From: Malacoraja senta
Lineage: Eukaryota
Assembly (NCBI GenBank): GCA_038087875.1
Contig: CM075990.1
Location: 13,084,001 to 13,148,000, forward strand
DNA length: 64,000 nt
Direction of reading: 5' to 3'
The notes below the pieces were generated by a model that saw nothing but the letters and a program-made list of their open reading frames with translations, was not told the DNA's origin and made no database searches. Made by a program: the position numbers and the translations under genes. Numbering within the stretch: the stretch's first letter is position 1; each line of letters opens with the position of its first letter. This document shows, piece after piece, positions 1 to 10,683 of this stretch.

Positions 1-68
1 GTAGCAGGTAGCACGTGATTACATGGTACCCGTGGCAGGGGGAACCCCCCCCCCCCCCAGACCTGACC

Positions 69-310
69 TAGGTACCAAGGTACAGTGAAAAGTTTGTTTT
101 GCATGTTATCCAAACATAGTTACAATTAGTTCAAACTCAACTATAGTAGATAGAGCAATGGGGAAGACACAGAGTGCAGAATATAGTTATCAGCATTGTA
201 GCCCATGAGTTCCTAAGACAAAGTCCATTGTCCTTAATGGGGTAGATGTGAATCGAACAGTATCCTAGCTTACGGAAGGACCGTTTGAAACCTGATAACG
301 GTGGGGAAGA
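69..310 (-). mobile_element. 3' fragment of a Rex1/Babar-like LINE (3'UTR)
   Basis: Aligns by eye with 23700-23935 and 61140-61930; the latter continues into a Rex/Babar-like RT C-terminus. Confidence 0.5.
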
Positions 311-344
311 TATAAGTAGCTCAAAATACTTTCTAAAAACTGTT

Positions 345-513
345 GGTAGATGAAAAATGCTGGGGAAACTCAGCAGGTGAGGCGTTCGGGTCGAGACCCG
401 AAACGTCACCTATTCCTTCTCTCCATAGATGCTGCCTCACCCGCTGAGTTTCCCCAGCATTTTTCGTCTACCTTCAATTTTTCCAGCATCTGCAGTTCTT
501 TCTTAAGCATTTC
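345..513. mobile_element. Palindromic Penelope-like (PLE) 3'-end element
   Basis: Inverted arms AAAATGCTGG..AACTCAGC / GCTGAGTT..CCAGCATTTT, flanked by the 14-bp direct repeat TTCTAAAAACTGTT (331-344, 514-527). Confidence 0.75.
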
Positions 514-660
514 TTCTAAAAACTGTTACAAATTTGTGAATGTAACTAACACAGTGGAGCAGAATAATCCAAACATTTCACAACAATTGACTTCTGACAA
601 GTGGCCACATCTCCATATTTAAGGATTGTTTAAATTTGTGTGTTGCCCACCTTAAGGTTA

Positions 661-1000
661 GCAGCACAGTGGCTCAGCTGGTAGAGCAGCTGCCTCACAG
701 TGCCAGAGACCTGGGTTTGATCCTGACCTCGGTTGCTGTCTATGCGGAGTTTGCACGTTCTCCCTGCGACAACGTGGGTTTCCTCCGGGCGCTCCAGATT
801 CCTCCCACATCCCAAAGATATGGGAGTTTGTCGGTTAACTAGCCTCTGTAAATTGCCCCAAGTGTAAGGGGAGTGGATGAGAAAGTGGATTAACATAGAA
901 CTACTAGTGTAATCAATGGTCGGCGTGGACTCGGTAGACCTCAGGGCCTGTTTCTATGTTGTATCTTTCAAATTAAAACCAAAATTAAAAACTAAAATCA
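661..1000 (+). mobile_element. tRNA-derived V-SINE (HE1-like)
   Basis: A-box TGGCTCAGCTGG, B-box-like GGTTTGATCC, V-domain GGAGTTTGCACGTTCTCCC..GTGGGTTTCCTCCGGG, CR1-like 3' end and (CTAAA)-type tail. Confidence 0.85.
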
Positions 1001-1067
1001 AAGAAAGACACAAAATGCTGGGTTAACTCAGTGGTCCAGATAGCATATCTACAAAGGCTGCTACTTA

Positions 1068-2675
1068 CAGTGCCCTCCATAATGTTTGGGACAAAGACCC
1101 ATCATTTATTTATTTGCCTCTGTACTCCACAATTTCAGATTTGTAATAGAAAAAATCACATGTGGTTAAAGTGCACATTATCAAATTTTATTAAGGGGTA
1201 TTTTTATACATTTTGATTTCACTATGTAGACAGCTGTGTTTATACATAGTCCCCCCATTTCAGGGCACCATAATGTTTGGGACACATGGCTTCACAGGCG
1301 TTTGTAAATGCTCAGGTATGTTTAATTGCCTCCTTCATGCAGGTATAAGAGAGCTTCCACCAGTCCTTCCATCAAATTTGAAAAATTGTATTGCTGTTTA
1401 TCAACATGAGGATCAAAGTTGTGCCAATGAAAGTCAAAGAAGCCATTATGAGACTGAGAAACAAGAATAAAACTGTTAGAAACATCAGCCAAACCTTAGG
1501 CTTACCAAAATCTACTGTTTGGAATATCATTAAGAAGAAAGAGAGCACTGGTGAGCTTACTAATTGCAAAGGGACTGGCAGGCCAAGGAGGACCTCCACA
1601 GCTGATGACAGAAGAATTCTCTCTATAATAAAGTTTAAAAAAAAAAACACCTGTCTGACAGATCAGAAACACTCTTCAGGAGTCAGGTGTGGATTTGTCA
1701 ATGACCACTGTCCGCAGAAGGCTTCTTGAACAGAAATACAGAGGCCACACTGCAAGATGCAAACCACTGGTTAGCCACAAAAATAGATGGCCAGGTTACA
1801 ATTTGCCAAGAAGTACTTAAAAGAGCAACCACAGTTCTGCAAAAAGGTCTTGTGGACAGATGAGATGAAGATGAACTTATATTAGAGTGCAGGCAAGAGC
1901 AAAGTATGGAGGAGAGAAGGAACTGCCCAAGATCCAAAGCATACCACCTCATCTGTGAAACACGGTGGTGAGGGTGTTATGGCCTGGGCATGTATGGCTA
2001 CTGAAGGCACTGGCTCACTTATCTTCATTGATGATACAACTGCTGATGGTAGTATCATAATGAATTCTGAAGTGTAGAGACACATCCTATCTGCTCAAGT
2101 TCAAACAAATGCCTCAAAACTCATTGGCCGGCAGTTCATTCTACAGCAAGACAATGATCCCAAACATACTGTTACAGCAACAAAGGAGTTTTTCAAAGCT
2201 AAAAAATGGTAAATTCTTGAGTGGCCAAGTCAATCACCCGATCTGAACCCAATTGAGCATGCCTTTTATATGCTGAAGAGAAAACTGAAGGGGACTAGCC
2301 CCCAAAACAAGCATAAGCTAAAGATGGCTGCAATACAGGCCTGGCAGAGCATCACCAGAGAAGACACCCAGCAACTGGTGATGTCCATGAATCGCAGACT
2401 TCAAGCAATCATTGCATGCAAAGGATATGCAACAAAATACTAAACATGACTACTTCCATTTACATGACATTGCTGTGTCCCAAACATTATGGTGCCCTGA
2501 AATTGGGGGGGGGGGAGGGGGGACCATGTATAAACACTGCTGTAATTTCTACATGGTGCAACCAAAATGTATAAAAATGGCCTTTGTTAAAATCTGACGA
2601 TGTGCACTTTAACCACATGTGATTTTTTTTCTATTACAAATCTCAAATTGTGTACAGAGGCAAATAAATAAATGA
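1068..2675 (+). mobile_element. Tc1/mariner DD34E transposon, IR/DR type, copy 1 (degenerate transposase ~1406-2443)
   Basis: TA|CAGTGCCCTCC left end; ~220-bp TIRs with repeated CCATAATGTTTGGGACA; HTH region, GRPR, WTDE, QDNDPKH, WPSQSPDLNPIE, ending GYATKY*. Frameshifts and stops; outer ~30 bp of right TIR missing. Confidence 0.95.
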
Positions 2676-2812
2676 TTACTCAACCAATATATTACGATAG
2701 ATTAATAATAGAGTCCTTGTTACATGTACATCCAACTACCCTTTCAGATATCTTTCTTCCTCCAGGACTGACACCACTGAACTTGATTGTTCCATCTTCA
2801 GTAGCAAACAAA

Positions 2813-3105
2813 TAGACACAAAATGCTGAAGTAACTCGGCGGGTCAGGCAGCATCTCTGGAAGGAGTAGGTGAAGTTTTGGGTAGAGACCCTTCTTCAGA
2901 TTGAGAGTCAGGAAAGAGGGAAGCTAGAAGTATGAAAAGGTACAGAACAGATCACAGCCGCCACCGATGACTCAAGAAAGGTGGAGCCCACAATGGTCCA
3001 TTGTTAGCTGTGGAAGAGGAAATAATGAAGGGACACAAACACTGAAACTAGCGAGGCGACTAGGGTAGGGAAGAGATGGCCTGAGAGGGAATGCGAGGAC
3101 TACTG
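2813..3105 (-). mobile_element. PLE 3' end, long form with 3'UTR
   Basis: Same architecture as 22580-22915: AGACACAAAATGCTG.. then hammerhead-like core, then purine-rich 3'UTR. Confidence 0.7.
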
Positions 3106-4497
3106 TAAAAGAGCTACAAGCACTTTTTCCAAAAGAACTGCATCCATGCACAGGAGGAATGAACACTTTGCCTACATGAACAATTTCTGCGTGAGAGTTC
3201 GAGCAGTATTCTGAACAGCCTAGAAAGTGGAATCTAGACTGTCCTTTAAATAGCAAGACATTTGAGCGTGCATGGAGTGAACAAATCTACCCATGTCAGC
3301 GTTTGAAGAGTTGGGCTTGAGTCCAATCCCAGGGGCTACTGTAGACCAGGAACAATTAGCATCAGATCTGAATATTCACATCTAGCAACCCTCCCTTCCC
3401 ATTGAAAGGTGCAGGTGAACCACTTTAGATTCCAATGAAGTTCACACAGGTTTCTGAAAATAAAAATATTTAGGAGAAACCACCTCAGCTGTGGTTTATC
3501 TGTACACTGTGAATGGCCCGATTGTAATCATGTACTGTCTTTCCGCTGACTGGTTGGCATGCCACAAAGGATTTTCACTGTACCTCGATACACGTGACAA
3601 TAAATTAAACTAAACTAAACTAAGCTATTCATTGACTTAAGAATTTGAGGCATGCAATCTGTGTTAGGACACTGCAGAAAAAGAAAAACAACCAAGGGTT
3701 TGCGCTTAGGAATGCGTTGAGTAATGCACACAGCTACCATTTACAGTTACAAATAAACCAAAGCCTTGGCTCCAATTGCGAAAGTATATACTTTCCAAAA
3801 TAAAGACATCTATTGTTTCACATTCCCAGCATCCTGTGTGCCTTAGTGCTGATTTTGTAGACTGCACAGACCGTGTACTGAGAGCAGAGCCTTGCATTGA
3901 AGTAAATATCATTATGTCAGATGAAAGCAGCTGATGCATCTCTATTTAACCTGAAACCCTGCTATTAGTCTAGATTCTTGGTTCAGCATCCAGAGCAGAA
4001 CATTCTTAAATAAATTATTTTCTATTAAAAACATGCAACATTCAACAAAAATTAGCGATGTTTGCAATGATATGGAATTCATCTACAGTCTGCAGTTTTG
4101 GGTGTGACAATTGTGTCAGATGGGAGCGGCTGTAAGCTCCAATTCAGAGACTGATACTTCTCTACTGAAGGAATGTGATATTTTAGATAGGCCATCTTTT
4201 CAATGAACTCGTTTTACCCAGGTTCCATTTAATCTCGGGTGGTGTAAAATATCAGATGGCACTTGTTTGATGACGAACAGGTGAGCCAAAAATCATGTAA
4301 ACATCAGCACCGCAGCCAATTATCCAGAAAGTCTCACATTGCCACTATGGCAGCTTGCTGTGAGCAGACTGGCTGCTGAATTCTCTACATTACTACAGAG
4401 ATTCCACTTTCAGAAATACTTTGGGATTCCAGAGGATGGAAAAGAATGCAACTCTTTCTGTGCTTTAGCATCCATGGCTTTTATGATTAAAGGCCTA

Positions 4498-4710
4498 AGA
4501 CAGAAGGCTGTGGAGGCCAAGTCAATGGATATTTTTATGACAGAGATATGAAGTTTCTTGATTAGTGAAGGGTCTCAGAGGTTATGGGGAGAATGCAGGA
4601 GAATGGGGTTTGGAGGGAAGGATAGATCAGCCATGATTGAATGGTGGGTGGAGTACACCTACCTGATGGGCCGAATGGCCTAATTCTCCTCCTATCACAT
4701 GAACTTATGA
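4498..4710 (+). mobile_element. CR1-type LINE 3' fragment
   Basis: CR1 3'UTR motif GATCAGCCATGATTGAATGG..GGGCCGAATGGCCTAATTCT shared with the CR1 copy at 61234-61696. Confidence 0.75.
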
Positions 4711-5726
4711 GAACCATTTATAAAATCTAGTTGTGAGAAAGGATCTACAACCTAAAACATTAATTCTAGTTCTCTTTCCGCAGACACTCTTTCCGCTGAC
4801 CCATGTTTAACGAAAACATGTCTTGTATTACCCAAGGTTCAAAATTTAAGGCAAGATCTAATCCGGGTATTTAAAATAAACAACGGGCTGGATAGGGGAG
4901 GTACAGAATTAACAATTTCACCAAAAGAAAATTCCGAATACATGTTATGAACCAGTTTAAAGTTAGGGTGCCTTGGAGTGAAACCAGGGACTTATTCCAC
5001 ACAAAAGTTGTGGAAAGTAGGAACATATTTTCCGAAATGACTGCAGAATAGATGCTTTATGGACAGGTAATCAATGGACATGTAGCAAAGAAGTGATATA
5101 GATCCAAGTGAATGGTGGAGTAGTTTCAGAGGTGAATCTCATTCTGTTTTTGTGTTGATAATCTGGGAATCTGATCCAAGAGTGGATTATATATATTGTG
5201 TGAAAAGTTCCTTGATACGAAAGGTAATCTTAAGATTGGAGTGTATCTACGTATTCTTGTCACCCCCTCCATAAATTTTAACTGGAAGTAATATTCTGGA
5301 TTTACCTCTATGTATTGTACTCTTAATTATTCTGTACAATGGACTTCACCTCTCAAGTATATCTTTCCAAGGGTGAAATGAGTCCCGGGTCGAAATTTGA
5401 CCTCCGTTACATATGTTAAAATATGCACTAATAATTAATTATGTTGGTTGAGGTTGAACTTTGTTTCTGAAATTCTGTTCCTCTGAATATGTTACAATAC
5501 ATATTACTCCATGTTACATGTTACTGTTTGTGACGCACGACAAACTTATATCTCCTGGCTCTCCAGCCTTTCTTCATAATTCAGAATATTGTACATTAAA
5601 GAAAAGTTATGTGATCTTCCTAAAGTATTAATTTTTGTTTGGTCATATGGGTTAAAAGGGAATATTGTCCAGAAATGTGGGGAAGTTCATATTCTTCTTC
5701 AAATGGAACCACAGGACATATGAGTG

Positions 5727-6045
5727 GGAAAGAACTGCAGATGTTGGTTTAAAATCGAAGGTAGACACAAAATGCTGGAGTAACTCAGCGGGATAGGCAG
5801 TATCTCTGGAGAGAAGGAATGGGTGACGTTTCGGGTCGAGACCCTTCTTCAGTCTGATGGAGGATACCCAGTCTGAAGAAGGTTTTTGACCCGAAACGTT
5901 GCCTATTTCCTTCGCTCCATAGATGCTGCCTCACCCGCTGAGTTTCTCCAGCATTTTTGTCTACCTTCAATTTTCCAGCATCTGCAGTTCCTTCTTAAAC
6001 ATGCTGCCTGTCCCGCTGAGTTACTCCAGCATTTTGTGTCTACCA
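5727..6045. mobile_element. Palindromic PLE element with a second PLE subfamily copy nested inside
   Basis: Subfamily A arm 5727-5852, subfamily B piece ~5870-6001, subfamily A return arm ~6001-6045. Confidence 0.75.
5825..5852 (-). ncRNA. Minimal hammerhead-ribozyme core (PLE type), putative
   Basis: Minus strand reads CTGAAGA-A-GGGT-CTCG-ACCC-GAAA-CG-TC: CUGANGA box, stem II, GAAA box, loopless palindromic stem III, GUC site. Stem I is poor in this copy. Confidence 0.55.
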
Positions 6046-6121
6046 CAGGATCTATGATCTCCATTTGAATTGTGGACGGTTTCAGTACCTGACCAAAGTC
6101 AGCATCTCCAACAATACATGA

Positions 6122-6427
6122 GGCACAGTGGCACAACGGTAGAGTTGCTCACAGACATGCTCATCAACGATACAGCTCCATACACCCGGGTTCGATCTTG
6201 ACTATGGGCGCTGTCTGTGCGGAGTTTGTACATTCTCCCTGTAACCGCGTAGGTTTTCTCCGTGTGCTCTGGTTTCCTCCCACACTCCAAAGACGTACAG
6301 GTTTGGCGGTCAATCTGTACATTGTAAATTGTCCGTAGTGCGTAGGGTAGTGCTATTGTATGGGGTGATCGCTGGTGAGTGCTGACTCGGTGGGCCGAAG
6401 GGCTTGTTTCCACGCTGTACCTCTAAA
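6122..6427 (+). mobile_element. V-SINE (HE1-like)
   Basis: tRNA-like head, GGTTCGATC B-box, V-domain, 3' GGGCCGAAGGGCTTGTTTCC..CTCTAAA. Confidence 0.85.
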
Positions 6428-7524
6428 GATCAACAATTGATAATCCCAGCACTTTTCAAATATTGTTAGTTTTTACTAAATTATGTCAAAATTTGATATA
6501 TTATGTTACATATTGTTGTAATGTGGTTAATAATATCTGAACAGACACCAGCAGCTCAAGATAAATTGTCACAGTTTCTTGTTAATATGTTACCATACAA
6601 CATAGACTGAATATAAAGCTAACTACAATGTTGCATCACTGGGTGTAAAGAATGATACAAGTAGCAAATTCTCTGGGTTCTCCAACAATAACATTGGCAA
6701 TGTCCTTCCACAGAGAACTCTATGATCTATTTGAAGCTATTTCAGGAAACACAGAAATATCATTGAAGATTCCCTACTTAACGAAAATGACAAATTGTAC
6801 TTATGTTATATATTTGACATTAAAAGAGTCCCACACTAAGACGCCTCACAAAATCCGAAAGGGGTAAAATCAGAAGAGGATGTGTGGAGATTCCTTACAT
6901 CAGAGTTAAATTAGATTTCAATTATTAGGAACCTGTCCCTATGTCCCTGATCAAATTATTCGCAGGTATAATTGAGGATTTACTTCTCTCATATCCTTTG
7001 TTGTTATGTTAAGATCAAGTCTCAAAAGCCACCCACGGAGATGGACTTGAAAGAATGGAGTACAGGGAAACGATGAAGCCGAGTGGTTTGGGAAAGGAAT
7101 TTCAGATTAAAAGACATAAACGGGCGAAGGGAAGACTGAAAACGGGTGAATTGAAGGTTACAGGGGAAAACACAAGGATGAAGTACGTGGAGGCATAGGG
7201 AGCTGGAATAGGCCAGAGTGACAAGGAGCAGCAAAACCAGGAACATTTTAAAATAATTTTGATGTTTCCAGTGGGGAATTTATATTTTTTGACCATCCAA
7301 AGCGGCCCAAGAACGTTAAAAGACAGCCACGTAACTTAGCCCCATCGAGGCAGGTAGATTCCTGTGTGCTTCATTGGTAAATAAATTGTATTTAAAAAGA
7401 AACAATCCAGAACTTTTATGGTTTAATTTCTATCACCAAACGTAATTTAACCGTTTTCCAACTTGCTCCAAAGGGACTTCAAGCCCTGAGTTATAAGGGT
7501 CAGTATGATAACCACTAGAGTTAG

Positions 7525-7925
7525 AAAGTTAGTAAACAGCACCGAAACAGGCCCTTCAGCCCAACTCACCCATGTGATCAAGTGGCCTAATCAAGATAGT
7601 CCCACTTGCCTACGCCTGAGCCATAGCCCTCCAGACCTTTCCTGACCATGTACTTCAACAAGTGGCTTTCACATGTCAAAATTGTACCCACCTCTACCAC
7701 TCACTCTGGCAGCTTGTTGCATGCATGCACCACACTGTGTGAAAAAGTTGCCCCTCAGATCCTTTATAAATCTTTCCATTTTCACCTTAAAACTATGCCC
7801 TCTAGACTTCTCTATCCTGGGAAAAACACTGTGGCTATTCGCCTAATCGATGCCCCTCATAATATTATATACCTCCACATTCACCTATGCTCCAGGGATA
7901 AGGGAGTCAACCTATCCAGCCTCTG
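7525..7925 (-). mobile_element. Degenerate CR1-type 3' fragment
   Basis: GGAAACAGGCCCTTC-type terminus; similar to 27490-27960. Confidence 0.6.
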
Positions 7926-7927
7926 TT

Positions 7928-9915
7928 AATTATTTGCCTCTGTACTCCACAATTTAAGATTTGTAATAGAAAAAGTCACGTGTGGTTAAAGTGCACATTG
8001 TCCGATTTTAATAAAGGCCATTTTTATACATTTTGGTTTCACCATGTAGAAATTACAGCTGTGTTTATACATAGTCCCCCCATTTCTGGGCACCATAATG
8101 TTTGGGACACAGCAATGTCATGTAAATAAAAGTAGCGATTCAGGGACATCACCAGTTGCTGGGTTTCTTACCTGGTGACTATACATAGTCCCCCCATTTC
8201 AGGGCACCATAATGTTTGGGACACATGGCTTCACAGGTGTTTGTAATTGCTCAGATGTGTTTAATTGCCTTCTTAATGCATGTATAAGAGAGCTCTCAGC
8301 ACCTAGTCTTTCCTCCAGTCTTTCCATCACCTTTGGAAACTTTTATTGCTGTTTATCAACATGAGGACCAAAGTTATGCCAATGAAAGTCAAAGAAGCCA
8401 TTATGAGACTGAGAAACAAGAATAAAACTGTTGGAGACATCAGCCAAACCTTAGGCTTACCAAAATCAACTGTTTGGAACATCATTAAGAAGAAAGAGAA
8501 CACTGGTGAGCTTACTAATCGCAAAGGGACTGGCAGACCCAGGAAGACCTCCACAGCTGATGACAGAAGAATTCTCTCTATAATAAAGAAAAAAAAAAAA
8601 ACACCTGTCCGACAGATCAGAAACACTCTTCAGGAGTCAGGTGTGGATTTGTCAATGACCACTGTCGGCAGAAGACGTCATGAACAGAAATACAGAGGCT
8701 ACACTGCAAGATGCAAACCACTGGTGAGCTGCAAAAATAGGATGGCCAGGTTATAGTTTGCCAGGAAGTACTTAAAAGAGCAACCACAGTTCTGGAAAAA
8801 GTCTTGTGGACAGATGAGACGAAGATTAACTTATATCAGAGTGATGGCAAGAGCAAAGTATGGAGGAGAGAAGGAACTGCCCAAGATCCAAAGCATACCA
8901 CCTCATCTGTGAAACACGGTGGTGGGGGTGTTATGGCCTTGGCATGTATGGCTGCTGAAGGTACTGGCTCACTTATCTTCACTGATGATACAACTGCTGA
9001 TGGTAGCAGCATAATGAATTCTGAAGTGTATAGACACATCCTATCTGCTCAAGTTCAAACAAATGCCTCAAAACCCATTGGCCGGTGGTTCATTCTACAG
9101 CAAGACAATGAGCCCAAACATACTGCTAAATGGGTCCTTGTTCTGCATAGGAGACAGGACCCATTTATGTGAGCGGCTTCCTCACCGACCCCACTGATCC
9201 TCCAGCCCGCCCACCATTGGGTTCCCGAGGAAGCCACTCTCAGCTCGCTTCAGTTTCACACATGCCGCGGCACTGGGGTGGGGGGGTGGGGCGCTTTCAC
9301 TCCGGGTGGTCGGGAGGATGGAAGAGGGGTTGGGAGGGTAGGGACGGAGAGAGGGAGTGAGTCGACAGGTGTTGTGATATGGAATTGGCTCTGTGTGTGT
9401 GAGAACTACTCGCGGATAAGTGTTGTGTGTGTTTTGTGTTACGCCTGTGGGCCGGATCCGACTCGTGGGCCATAGGTTGCCGACCCCTGTGCTAAAGCAA
9501 CAAAGGAGTTTTCCAAAGCTAAAAAATGGTCAATTCTTGACTGGCCATTGAGCATGAAGGGGACTAGCCCCCAAAACAAGCATAAGCTAACGATGGCTGC
9601 AATACAGGCCTGGCAGAGCATCACCAGAGAAGACACCCAGCAACTGGTCATGTCCATGAATCGCAGACTTCAAGCAGTCATTGCATGCAAAGGATATGCA
9701 ACAAAATACTAAACATGACTACTTTTATTTACATGACATTGCTGTGTCCCAAACATTATGGTGACCTGAAATGGGGGGGGGGGCCTTTATTAAAATCTGA
9801 CAATGTGCACTTTAACCACATGTGATTTTTTTTAATTTTACAAATCTCAAATCTTGGAGTACAGAGGCAAATAAATAAATGATGAGTTTTTGTCCCAAAC
9901 ATTATGGAAGGCACT
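7928..9915 (+). mobile_element. Tc1 DD34E transposon copy 2 (rearranged left end, internal insertion, deletions)
   Basis: Transposase pieces 8361-8756 and 8804-9130, resuming ~9490-9712; right TIR ends ..GTCCCAAACATTATGGAAGGCACT. Confidence 0.93.
9131..9489 (-). mobile_element. hAT/Charlie-like non-autonomous element nested in Tc1
   Basis: Minus-strand end CAGGGGTCGGCAACCTATGGCCCACG..GGATCCGGCCC resembles Charlie/MER58-type termini; flanked by TGCTAAA (9124-9130, 9490-9496). Confidence 0.65.
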
Positions 9916-10072
9916 AACACCTATTCAAATACAAGCCAAAATATTAAAGCAGAAATTTGTCTAAAAGCCTAATTTTGCTTCTAGGCATCACTTCACCATG
10001 TAAAAAATGAAGGTCTCACTATATTTCTTTCAATGGGATCATATCAGACTGTAAAGCCTTTCAATAGAAGAT

Positions 10073-10683
10073 AAGACACAAAATGCTGGAGGAACTGACA
10101 GGCAGCATCTCTGGAGAGAAGGAAAGGGTCTCGACCTGAAACGTCACCCATTCCTTTTCTCCAGAGATGCGCCAATCAACTTTAATATTTTTGTATTTTA
10201 AAGACAGTGAATATTGATTATATACGAATCGTGAATCAGATTAGCCTTGCTGGGAATCCAAGAACTGTCTGGTTGGGACAAGTGAAGCGTTTTGTGTGAA
10301 TCACTTGTTGCTCTGTTGGTGTTAATTCATTTTATTCACTGCCCCTGAATAAAGGAGGTTTCTTTGAGAGGGAAGACACAAAATGCTGGAGGAACTGACA
10401 GGCAGCATCTCTGGAGAGAAGGAAAGGGTCTCGACCTGAAACGTCACCCATTCCTTTTCTCCAGAGATGCGCCAATCAACTTTAATATTTTTGTATTTTA
10501 AAGACAGTGAATATTGATTATATACGAATCGTGAATCAGATTAGCCTTGCTGGGAATCCAAGAACTGTCTGGTTGGGACAAGTGAAGCGTTTTGTGTGAA
10601 TCACTTGTTGCTCTGTTGGTGTTAATTCATTTTATTCACTGCCCCTGAATAAAGGAGGTTTCTTTGAGAGGGAAGACACAAAA
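10073..10683. repeat. Exact 300-bp tandem duplication bounded by PLE copies
   Basis: 10081-10380 is identical to 10381-10680 by line-by-line comparison. Confidence 0.95.
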
